64,000 bases of DNA, taken from NCBI GenBank assembly GCA_963792965.1, contig CAWBYW010000007.1, positions 480,001-544,000 on the forward strand. The letters run 5' to 3'. Positions within the stretch are counted from its first letter, which is position 1. Each line of letters opens with the position of its first letter. Under the pieces are notes generated by a model. That model was not told the origin of the DNA, made no database searches, and saw only the letters and a list, made by a program, of their open reading frames with translations. Source of the stretch: an uncultured delta proteobacterium (GTDB lineage: Bacteria; Desulfobacterota; Zymogenia; Zymogenales; Zymogenaceae). A program made the position numbers and the translations under genes. Shown here piece after piece: positions 12,306 to 21,061 of this stretch.

Positions 12306-12478
12306 AAAAGATGAAAATGTCAAAGGGCACTTTGATCATCACTATTTTCGGTCTGATCGCAGTCGCTCTGGTCATCGTCGGATCGATCTGGTATCTGATG
12401 ATGGACAAGTCCAAGAGGACCTATATCAAGAGCCTGGTGAAACAGATACCGCAGATGCCGGGCCGGTACTCGGTCTGA
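12302..12478 (+). CDS. Small single-TM membrane protein (58 aa)
   Basis: ATG overlaps the CrtI-like stop (ATGA); MKKMKMSK then ~24 hydrophobic residues, then a basic tail. Confidence 0.65.
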   Translation: MKKMKMSKGTLIITIFGLIAVALVIVGSIWYLMMDKSKRTYIKSLVKQIPQMPGRYSV

Positions 12479-12501
12479 TGTCGTCGGCGCAGGCGCCCTC
12501 C

Positions 12502-12618
12502 TCATCGTCATTGCGAGCGTTCCGCTCTCTATCGGGGCCCCCGCTTCATCGTCATTGCGAGGAGCGTCCTGCCGAAGCCGCGAGGAGCACGAGCGACGTG
12601 GCGGGACGTGGCAATCCC
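12502..12618. repeat. REP/palindromic-element-like repeat (GTCATTGCGAGGAGC...GACGTGGCAATCC type), internally duplicated
   Basis: TCATCGTCATTGCGAG at 12502 and 12546; GCGAGGAGC at 12557 and 12580; GACGTGGC at 12595 and 12605. Confidence 0.55.
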
Positions 12619-12685
12619 ACGACTGTCACCGTGTACACAGGGTGACTCCGGCGTGCATCACAGATATTCAAGAGGAAAAGATTCC

Positions 12686-13120
12686 ATGAAGAACGGCCGT
12701 CTCTTTCCAATCGCCCTGATCGTCGTTTCTGCTTTCGTTCTGCTTGGATGCCAGCAGGTCTATTACAACTTCTGTCGCGGCGGCCTAAAGGCGCGCGGCG
12801 AGTGCGCGCGGATAGAAACAACGCCGAACTGCTTTATCGAGCGGATCAACGGCGGGCAGGTGCGAGAAGACCATATAATAATCGATGTCCCATCCGGCAA
12901 AGTGAGGCTCGTGCCGCACTGGATGACGGGCGAGTGGGAAATAGCCCGAAGGACTGAGCTGACGTACGACGTAAAGGCCGGCGGTTCGTACGTGCTCGGT
13001 GTGGAGGCACCAAGTACTGAGCCCTGCTTGGACGAGTACGGCGACATGACGATGAATGTGCATTTCTACCTGAGAGACGTAAAGACGGGCGAGAAGATAT
13101 ATCCTCTCACACAGCCCTGA
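12686..13120 (+). CDS. Hypothetical lipoprotein
   Basis: Signal peptide ending in lipobox LLGC; AGAGGA RBS. Confidence 0.7.
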   Translation: MKNGRLFPIALIVVSAFVLLGCQQVYYNFCRGGLKARGECARIETTPNCFIERINGGQVREDHIIIDVPSGKVRLVPHWMTGEWEIARRTELTYDVKAGGSYVLGVEAPSTEPCLDEYGDMTMNVHFYLRDVKTGEKIYPLTQP

Positions 13121-13152
13121 CCGCGAGACGCGCGACAGGAAGAAGAATAATG

Positions 13153-13180
13153 GGGCCGGGTCTTTCCCCGGCCCTTTGTT
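13153..13180 (+). terminator. Putative intrinsic terminator
   Basis: GGGCCGGG/CCCGGCCC stem followed by TTTGTT. Confidence 0.5.
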
Positions 13181-13222
13181 ATCGCCCCCCCCATCCTTAG
13201 AAAGGAGGTAATAAAACCATCT

Positions 13223-13717
13223 ATGAATCTCAAGAAAATAGTTAACTCCAGGAACATCAGTTTTGGTTCATCCTCCGCGGTAATAACGAGCCTTGCAATA
13301 ATAATTGGACTGAGCGGCACGATCAATCCCAAAATAGGCATAATTACTTCTTTGCTTATCATAGCCATCGCGGATAATGTTTCCGATTCGTTTGGTATAC
13401 ATGTACATCAGGAATCGGAATCTCGCGCCCCCGCCCTTATACGAGAAACAACCTTAGTAAATTTCTCCGCCAGATTTCTGATAACAATGATTTTTGTCTT
13501 GTTCGTCTCTCTTCTCCCATTGACTTATTCAATAGCCGTATCCATATTTTTTGGCCTGTCCATGATTACGGCCTTAAGTTACTTTATAGCAAAGAAGCAA
13601 AAAATAAGCCCCTACAAGGCGATAATCGGACATCTTGCATTAGCTCTATTTGTTATGACTATGGGGTTAGTTCTAAGGAATATACTTTCTGATTTTGCCG
13701 GTAGACTGATGAAGTGA
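13223..13717 (+). CDS. VIT1/CCC1-like membrane protein (AT-rich gene)
   Basis: FGSSSAVIT..IAIADNVSDSFGIHVHQESE resembles VIT1/CCC1; five hydrophobic segments; AGGAGG RBS. Confidence 0.6.
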   Translation: MNLKKIVNSRNISFGSSSAVITSLAIIIGLSGTINPKIGIITSLLIIAIADNVSDSFGIHVHQESESRAPALIRETTLVNFSARFLITMIFVLFVSLLPLTYSIAVSIFFGLSMITALSYFIAKKQKISPYKAIIGHLALALFVMTMGLVLRNILSDFAGRLMK

Positions 13718-13817
13718 AAGGTAACCTTCAGATACCCTGAGCAACAAAGGTGTTGACGGGAAGATGAACAAGGGGCCGGGTCAGACGATACCGGTGATAC
13801 GCCTCGTGATCGGTATC

Positions 13818-14228
13818 TTAGTTATTATAGTATGAGTTGGAATACATGTTATCGTAGGCGTTATAATAGGCGTTGGAATAGGTATCGTCGTACGCGTTGG
13901 AGTACGCGTTGTAGTAGGCATTGTCGTATGAGTTAGTGTAGTAGGTCGAGTCCGAGTAGTCGTAGTAGGCGTCGGAATACGTATCAGAGTAGGTATCGGA
14001 GTATTTGTCATAATAGGCATCGGAGTAGACGTCACCGTAGGTGTCTGAGTACACGTCGGAATACGCGTCGGAGTAGAAACCCTGGGTGATGACGGCGCTC
14101 ACGCCGAGTGACCCGAGCAGCGCCGCCCCCTTGGCGATGCGTTTGAGGGCTTCGCGCCGGTTCAGCTTTTCATTCCCGACGGCGCCCTTCTCTTTGTCTT
14201 TGGTCGCTTTCTTCTCTTTGTCTTCCAC
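13818..14228 (-). CDS. Tyr-rich tetrapeptide-repeat protein with twin-arginine-like leader (candidate RiPP precursor)
   Basis: GTG start after AGGAAAG; 50-aa leader with NRREALK and a hydrophobic stretch; 86-aa tail of Y-x-D-x then Y-x-N-x units with varied synonymous codons. Confidence 0.8.
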   Translation of the reverse strand: MEDKEKKATKDKEKGAVGNEKLNRREALKRIAKGAALLGSLGVSAVITQGFYSDAYSDVYSDTYGDVYSDAYYDKYSDTYSDTYSDAYYDYSDSTYYTNSYDNAYYNAYSNAYDDTYSNAYYNAYDNMYSNSYYNN

Positions 14229-14466
14229 TGTTCTTTCCTGGTGGCGTAATTTAGTAATTATGACGTACTGACCTGCCCCCGAGAACTACACCGGCGCCTC
14301 TGTCGGTCTATGGACATACGCTTCTCTTTGAACCACAGAATGTCGCGAGGTATAGTTTCGGGAGCAGGCACCCCCTTTGTCTGCCCCTTGAATGACAAGA
14401 CCGTAAAGCAAGGATGCTGTGTAACAGATAGGGCAGACTGCCAACTCGATCCGCGACGAGCCCGGA

Positions 14467-14684
14467 CTATTTCTTTTTCGTAGTTTTCTTCTTCTCCGCC
14501 GGCTTCTTTTTCCCCTTACTCTTAATTGCTGCCTTTGTCGGAGCCGAACCTTTTGACGCTGCTTTCTTAGGAGCTGCTTTCTTTGGGGCTGCCTTCTTGG
14601 GGCTGCCTTCTTGGGCGCTTCTTTCTTCCCAAAGAGTTTTTCCGCTATTCTCGCAAACACTCCGGGTTTACTCTTCTTTGCCAT
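14467..14684 (-). CDS. Small Lys/Ala-rich histone-H1-like protein (~72 aa), one apparent base missing ~14600
   Basis: Restoring one base gives MAKKSKPGVFARIAEKLFGKKEAPKKAAPKKAAPKKAAPKKAASKGSAPTKAAIKSKGKKKPAEKKKTTKKK*; GAGGAGG RBS. Confidence 0.7.
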
Positions 14685-14834
14685 AGGTAATATTCCTCCT
14701 CAATAAAATATCTGCTATACCAGCGTTTAGGTTAGCCCATACGCGTGCATTTCATTTTGAGCTCCCGAAGATCGGAAAAGTCCGGTTTCGGGAGCCGGGG
14801 AACGCTAACCAGCATAATTGCGTGACGTGAAGAT

Positions 14835-14864
14835 GTTATACCCCTTCCGCCATTTCTCTGTCAA
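14835..14864 (-). promoter_or_regulatory. Putative sigma70 promoter for the histone-like gene
   Basis: TTGACA-N18-TATAAC on the minus strand. Confidence 0.5.
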
Positions 14865-14956
14865 GACTTTTACTACTATCCGTGTATCAAAGCTCTCGCC
14901 GTTGAGGCTCTTGTTGTGGGTGGTTTGCTATACGGTAAAGCAAATTTGGAAAGTTT

Positions 14957-14985
14957 TAAACTTAGCAAACTTAATTTGGCGTATA
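14957..14985 (+). repeat. Left copy of a 29-bp direct repeat bounding the AT-rich island (att-like)
   Basis: TAAACTTAGCAAACTTAATTTGGCGTATA; 28/29 identical to 17339-17367. Confidence 0.85.
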
Positions 14986-15097
14986 AATATGGGCATAAGG
15001 ATCTAACAACAAAATCACGCTAAAGACACACCCCGTGTCCTTTTAATACGTTTGCGGGAATTTTTGAACGCGACGCAGGCCACGTCCGACGGTTTTC

Positions 15098-15942
15098 TCA
15101 ACTACTGAAAATAGTATAGCCGCTATTTTGTTGTTCCCACATTCTTAACGAAGAGTATAGGAGAGTGGAGGAGAAGCAGTTAGGATCATAGGCAATTCTG
15201 AGTGCTTTATCCAGTACTTCTAGATTTAGTTTCTTTGCTGTCCCAAACTTTTTTCTGAGCCCGATAAGGAGTAACTCCACTAAGTCATGTCCAACACAAG
15301 ACTGCAAACGGTCAAAATCCCTATCTAATAGATTTCTCAATTCATCCTCAAGATCTCTCGCATTTAAGCCGCAACTATCTGTCCTAGATATAACGACCAC
15401 AACCAATCTTCTAATATCTATATTGAGAGTCGACTTATCCGTAAAACTCTTGAATCTGAGGCCTTCAAACTTTAGCCCAAGATTTCTTTGCGACTCTGAG
15501 GAAATCCATCTTAACATGCCTATCGGAAAAGCAGCATTTAGAAGTGCGTTAAGCACAGGGACTTTTAACTTGTCTATCTTACTTCTAGAACCATGCTGAC
15601 GTAAGACTTCAGCAAGAGCTCTAGAAGCGATAAGCATTGTCTCCAAATCGTGATAGTCCGTGGAGAATACGTTATCGTTTTCAAATACAGTTCCTTCTAT
15701 CTTAGAAAAATCGGAGTCGATGATAACAATAATGCCTTTAACACCCATTTGTTTAAGAATATTATTAACTTCGAGCGCGGTTTCTTTGTTACACGCAATT
15801 TCGATAGCACACACATCCTCGTGAATAAACTTCCCGTATAGAAGCGCATCTGTATAACCCTCAACTATTATTATAGTCCAGCAAACACCTGACGTCTCTG
15901 CCATATCTTATTTACTATTCTATCTGGTTTTAGAGGATTCAT
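15098..15942 (-). CDS. DUF4435 / TOPRIM-like protein (PARIS AriB-like), frameshift near the N-terminus (~15878)
   Basis: IIVEGYTD, IIDSDF, TDYHDLETML, GHDL motifs; upstream MNPLKPDRIVNKI fragment in another frame; follows an ABC ATPase. Confidence 0.75.
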
Positions 15943-15944
15943 CT

Positions 15945-17281
15945 TTCTTCGGCCCCTTTAACACAACCGTTAGATCCGCCTATTACTTATTATGTCAGGC
16001 GAGTGCGTTGCTATCAGCACGTCGAAATTTGATAGTTCTATTGTCTGTTGAAGATCCCTAAGAAATCTTTCCTGCCATTCAACATGTAATGATAGTTCGG
16101 GCTCATCAATCAGAATCGCCGCGAGATTTTCCTCAAGTTCGAATAGTAGTCATTAGAAAATCTGGCTAGTTCGTTTGCTCACCGGAAGATAGATTCCCGA
16201 GCGGTATACGTTGTTATCTGGCCACCTGAAACAACGAAGCCATCCTTACTGTCTATTTTTAGTTTTGTATAAATAAACCGGCTATTAATAATATTCTTTA
16301 GACAGGCTTATTCTATTGTAGAGCTTCATCAAAAACGCTCAATTTTTCTCTTAATGTCTTCAACATGGATCTACAATACATCGCGATTTGTATCTTCTAA
16401 TTTCTTCAGTTCCTGGAAGTTTATCCCCTTCTCATCCTCTTCCAGAAGACCGACGTCGAACAAAAGTGAACGCTTTTGATTATTCTCCTCATATTTTGTC
16501 TCCATCTCATTTTCGTCGAGATCGGAGTTCCTATCTAGTCTCTTTACTAATCTTTTTGGAAAGCTACTATCGAGGAGTTGAGAACGAGAGGCATATTCCG
16601 CCAATGTAGATTGTATTCTCTTGGCAAGATTTCTTGAATAGACACTTACAGTTGAGAGTATCTTCACGCTGGATTCATCCTCTTCGCTCGCTCGCATTGA
16701 TCTAACTGTTCTCTGGGTATCAATGAATTTGACTTTTATGTCCTCCAAATTCATTAGCCATTCAGGTTTTGCGTGAGTCTCGTTTCTTTTGGAGGGAGGT
16801 AGTCCTAGTCTATTACCATAAACTTCGATGACTTCTTCTAATGAAAGGACTTTACCTGTATTTCTATTCCTCCAGGTGTCATAGGTTACTCTCATAAGTG
16901 CCGGGATTCTTTCTTCTATTGCTCTATAGATAAATCTCGTCGGGTAAGACGTTTCGCGAGTAAATACGTAAGGGCTCGGCCTCCGTTTCTTGCCTTTGCT
17001 ATCTGTACCATAGAATTCTAAACCGGCCCCTTTATCTGTGTCGTATTTACTCCTAACGGTAATTTGCTTTTATCATCAAATTCTAATATGAACTCTTTAA
17101 AGGGAATGCTTAATAATTCATGAAAGCGATTCTTACAAAGGGAATTTACCATTCTCAGTATGATAGTCTTACCAAACCCATTTGGACCAATAACGATAGT
17201 AATGTGCTCATTAGTATTCAGGCTAATGTTGTGGTTAAATATACCGAAGAGCTCGGTTACTTCTATTCTCGTTACCCTCAT
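15945..17281 (-). pseudogene. ABC-type (AAA_15/AAA_21) ATPase (PARIS AriA-like), multiply disrupted
   Basis: Walker A GPNGFGKT; signature LSSGEQ (~16180); Walker B/D-loop ILIDEPELSLHVEWQ (~16100); H-loop IATHSP (~16000); split over several frames. Confidence 0.8.
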
Positions 17282-17338
17282 CAGTAGTCTCCCCATCTAT
17301 TTAATAATGTATTATACTTATTTTAGTTTCCTAACTTC

Positions 17339-17367
17339 TAAACTTACCAAACTTAATTTGGCGTATA
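17339..17367 (+). repeat. Right copy of the 29-bp direct repeat (att-like)
   Basis: TAAACTTACCAAACTTAATTTGGCGTATA; GC-rich sequence resumes right after it. Confidence 0.85.
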
Positions 17368-17404
17368 CCGAATACCGCCCCAAAAAGCAGATTTCCTATG
17401 TCGA

Positions 17405-17871
17405 TTATAACCGTCCCAGCAGCGGATACGTATAGAGCTCCCCGCGGGAGGCGGCAAAGGTGGCGATGAGGATGAAGATGACGTCGATGACGGCGACGAA
17501 AACCGCCGCCATGAGGAAGAAGACGCCGACAAGGATGATCAGGAGGATGATGCCGAAGAGCATGAGGAAGATCATCGCCACCGACATAATCACCTGGAAG
17601 ACCAGGGCCTGCCGCCCGTGATGGGAAACAAACTCGTCGTCCCTCCCCCTGATGAGCAGGATCACCAGCGGCGCGATGATGTTGAGCCCCGGGATCACGA
17701 ACCAGAAAAACCCCGCCAGGTGGCAGATGAACGCCAGGTTCTTGCTGTCGTTGGATATCTCGGGCGCTTTCACCTCGGGGGCCGCCTGGGCGCGGCTTTC
17801 TTTGCGGCGGGCTTCCGCCTCGGGGCGGTTTTCTTCACGTCGTCTTTTTGGACTGTCGGTTTTTTAGCCAT
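17405..17871 (-). CDS. DUF4870-like membrane protein with Lys/Ala-rich N-terminus (frameshift ~17785)
   Basis: LAFICHL..APLVILL..FVSHHGRQALVFQ..ASRGELYTYPL pattern; MAKKPTVQK..AAKKAAP N-terminus in the adjacent frame. Confidence 0.75.
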
Positions 17872-18594
17872 AGGGCCCCCCTAACCTCATCAGGTAATTC
17901 ATGATGGGGTCAAAGTCGGTGAAGAGCAAAAAGACGCCGATGGCCACCAGCATCAACCCGGACACGATGTTGACCGCGGGGATGAAGCGCTTGAAGCGGT
18001 TGAAGAGAGACAGAAACGTGTTGAAGGCAAGCGACGAGAGGAAAAACGGCACCCCCAGCCCGATCGAATAGACCAAGAGCAGCCCGATGCCGTAGCCCGC
18101 GTTCATCGACGACCCGATCATCGCAAGCCCGAGGATGCAGCCCACGATCGGCCCGAGGCACGGCGACCAGCCGGCCGCAAAGGTGATCCCCACGATGCTC
18201 GACCCGAGGTACCCGGCGGGCTTGTCGCGCAGGTGCACCTTCTTTTCCCGGCGAGAAACGGGAGCGGCACAAGTCCCGTGATATAGATCCCCATGAGGAT
18301 AATGAGGACGGCCCCGATCCTCCTGATGATCTCCTTGAACTGGAAGAGCGTCTCGCCAAGAAAACCGAAGAGCGCCCCCATCGCCACGAATACGACCGTG
18401 AAGCCGAGGATGAAAAAGAGCGAGTGGATCACGGTGGCCCGCCGGACCGTCCGCGCGTCGGCCACCGTCAGGTCCTCAAACGACATCCCGGTGATGAAGG
18501 TGAGGTAGCTGGGCAACAGCGGCAAGACGCAGGGCGAGACGAAGCTGACGACCCCCGCCCAGAAGGCGACCACTATGCTGACGTGACTATCCAT
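17864..18594 (-). CDS. ccdA: Cytochrome c biogenesis protein CcdA (frameshift ~18245)
   Basis: AGVVSFVSPCVLPLLPSY and FAAGWSPCLGPI..YSIGLGVPF. Confidence 0.9.
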
Positions 18595-18653
18595 CCGTTG
18601 TCTCTCGAGCCCTCAAAAGGCGACGGGCATCAGGCACAAACGCCTCGTGGCCC

Positions 18654-19163
18654 CTACCACCGGTCCCGGTGTATTTTCTTCCCGTCGTAGCGGTCCTCGC
18701 GGACCTTTACCTCGTTGGAATATCCGATGGCGATCAAGGAGAGCGGGATGACCCTCTTGGGGATGCCGAGGTGCCGCTGTATCCCCTTGACCCGGTCCGC
18801 GCGCGGGTGGCAGCCCAGCCACACGGCCCCGAGCCCGAGGGCGTTTGCCGCGATCAAGATATTCTCAGTCGCCGCGGCGCAGTCCTGCTCCCAGAAGTCG
18901 GCGTGGAGCTCCATGTCCGTGTCGCCGCAGACCACGATGGCAAGCGGCGCCTGCAACACCGGGTCGGCGTAGGGGTGGTACTCTCTGAGCCCATCCAGCG
19001 TCTCCCTGTCGGTAACCACCACGAAGCGCCAGCAGCGCTGGTCCCCGGCCGACGGCGCGCTCATGGCAGCCGTGAGGAGTGTCTTTATTTGCTTGTCGTC
19101 CACCGGGTCTTTCTTGAACTTTCGTACGCTCCGTCTCGTGAGTATTGCATCAAGGGCATCCAT
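18654..19163 (-). CDS. Nitroreductase family protein
   Basis: AILTRRSVRKF, APSAG, DCAAATENILIAANALGLGAVW. Confidence 0.92.
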   Translation of the reverse strand: MDALDAILTRRSVRKFKKDPVDDKQIKTLLTAAMSAPSAGDQRCWRFVVVTDRETLDGLREYHPYADPVLQAPLAIVVCGDTDMELHADFWEQDCAAATENILIAANALGLGAVWLGCHPRADRVKGIQRHLGIPKRVIPLSLIAIGYSNEVKVREDRYDGKKIHRDRW

Positions 19164-19200
19164 GTGCTGCTCCTTTTTCTCTGAATGATGAATCGTCTCT

Positions 19201-20154
19201 CTATTTACCGACCAGCCTTTCCAGCTCCTTCACCAGCTTTTCCGCCCCCGCGATGATCTCTTTGACCACATCGCCCGCATGCTTCAGCTCCGTGATCATC
19301 CCCCCGATCTGGCCGCAGTAGACCGTCCCCTCCTCCACGTCCCCGTCAACGGCCGCCATGCGCGAGCGCCCCTCCCCGATCAGATCCAGGAGGGCTTCCT
19401 TTGAGACGCCGGATTTCTCGGCATCACTGATCCGCTCGGTGAGCTTGTTCTTGACGGCGCGGGTGGGCCCGAGCGTCCGGGCAGATACCACCGTCCCCGT
19501 GTCGGAGACCTTCAGGATCGCCTCCTTGAAGTTCTTGTGCGCGCGCGCCTCGAACGTCGCGGCAAAGCGCGTCCCCATCTGGACGCCCTGGGCGCCCAAA
19601 GCCAGCGCCGCCACGAACCCCCGGGCGTCCGAGATGCCGCCGGCGGCGATCACCGGGATGTTGACCCGGGAAACGAGCTGGGGGATCAGCGCCATCGTGG
19701 TGATCTCATCAAAGCCGTCGTGTCCACCCGCCTCGATCCCCTCGCCGACGACCGCGTCCACCCCCGCCTCCTCGCCCTTTGCCGCGAGCGTCACGCTCGG
19801 CGAGACATGGATTACACGGAGCCCCGCGTCCTGGATCTTCCTGGTGAAGCGCTTGGGGCTTCCCGCCGAGGTCGCTATCGCGTGCGCCCCGCCTTTGATG
19901 CAAACGTCTATGAGCGTTTCCGCGTCCGGCCGCATGAGCGGGATGTTGACCCCGAAGGGCTTCTTGGTCATTTCTTTCGTGAGCCCTATCTCAAGGCCAA
20001 GCTCGTCCGGGGTCATGCTCCCGCCGGCAAGGATACCGAGGCCCCCCGCCTCCGAGACGGCCCCCGCCAGCTCGTGCATGCAGATCCAGACCATCCCTCC
20101 CTGGATGATGGGATACTCGATCCCGAGGATGTCGCACAGTCTCGTCCGAAACAT
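19201..20154 (-). CDS. FabK-like enoyl-ACP reductase / nitronate monooxygenase family
   Basis: LGIEYPIIQGGM, EGIEAGGH, PVIAAGGI, GVQMGTRF. Confidence 0.85.
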   Translation of the reverse strand: MFRTRLCDILGIEYPIIQGGMVWICMHELAGAVSEAGGLGILAGGSMTPDELGLEIGLTKEMTKKPFGVNIPLMRPDAETLIDVCIKGGAHAIATSAGSPKRFTRKIQDAGLRVIHVSPSVTLAAKGEEAGVDAVVGEGIEAGGHDGFDEITTMALIPQLVSRVNIPVIAAGGISDARGFVAALALGAQGVQMGTRFAATFEARAHKNFKEAILKVSDTGTVVSARTLGPTRAVKNKLTERISDAEKSGVSKEALLDLIGEGRSRMAAVDGDVEEGTVYCGQIGGMITELKHAGDVVKEIIAGAEKLVKELERLVGK

Positions 20155-20290
20155 CTGGCCTCCATTAATCTTTAAAAAAGTATAGCCCGATTTCCGGGGT
20201 CGGTCAAAGGAAAAAGGAGAAATAAAGTCTTGAATAATCGCCGGCCGCTTGATAAGATATTCGACAGTCTTAATAGAGGTGCGTAAACGT

Positions 20291-21061
20291 ATGAAGAGGT
20301 CCGTCATCAGTTGTGCCGTCCTGTCGGCATTCATCCTCGGCTCGGTTGCCCTTGCTTTCCAGTCGGAAGATCCCCTCAAGGCGAAAGTCGTCGAGATCGT
20401 GGAGGCCTATACCTCGGGGAAGCTGCCCCCGGTGATCACCAAATACGAGGCACTCGTCAAGGAGAGCCCCAAGGACCCCACGTATCACTACCTGTTGGCC
20501 ATTGCCTATCTCTATGCCGATTTCGATAAAAAGGATACGACCTTCGACAAGTCCTACGCCGAGCTCACCGCGGCGAAAAAGCTCAACCCGAAGATGAAAT
20601 ACGTCAACTATACCATCGGGTATATCCTCTGGGCGCGCGGCCGATACGACGACGCGGTAACGTCCTACAAGACGGAGATCTCCATCGACCCAAGCTACGC
20701 CGGGAACTACTATAATCTCGGGCTGGCCTACGAGTCGCTCAAGAAGTGGGACGAGGCCGCAAGCCAGTATGTCATCGCCATCGACAAAGACCCGAAGATG
20801 GCCAAGGCCTACAACAACCTCGGCGCCATCTATCTGAACTGGAAGGGCGACTCTTTCAAGGCGCTGGACAATTTCAAGAAAGCCATGGAGCTGAAACCCA
20901 ACGTCTCGCTCTACCGGGAGAACTACAACAAGGCCGTGAGGAAGCTCCAGGCCCTCAGGGACTCCATCGGCAAGGGCGAGACGGTGCTGCCGCCGGACAT
21001 GGTGGAAAAGCTCAAGGGGATGGATCTGAAGGAGGTCGAGGTAGCCCCGGACAAGGGTTAG
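20291..21061 (+). CDS. Exported TPR-repeat protein
   Basis: Signal peptide; repeated TPR units such as YYNLGLAY and AYNNLGAIY. Confidence 0.85.
   Translation: MKRSVISCAVLSAFILGSVALAFQSEDPLKAKVVEIVEAYTSGKLPPVITKYEALVKESPKDPTYHYLLAIAYLYADFDKKDTTFDKSYAELTAAKKLNPKMKYVNYTIGYILWARGRYDDAVTSYKTEISIDPSYAGNYYNLGLAYESLKKWDEAASQYVIAIDKDPKMAKAYNNLGAIYLNWKGDSFKALDNFKKAMELKPNVSLYRENYNKAVRKLQALRDSIGKGETVLPPDMVEKLKGMDLKEVEVAPDKG

Noticed and set aside
13781-14035. Thr/Pro-rich 84-aa ORF
   Set aside because: Alternate-frame shadow of the Tyr-repeat gene, with no RBS or leader
13818-14080. 12-bp periodic DNA suggesting a CRISPR array or VNTR
   Set aside because: No identical repeats with unique spacers and no cas genes; the periodicity is explained by the Y-x-D/N-x protein repeat
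14286-14684. 132-aa Arg/Gln-rich ORF as listed in the track
   Set aside because: Frameshift chimera; the PKKAA frame ending at 14467 is far more coherent
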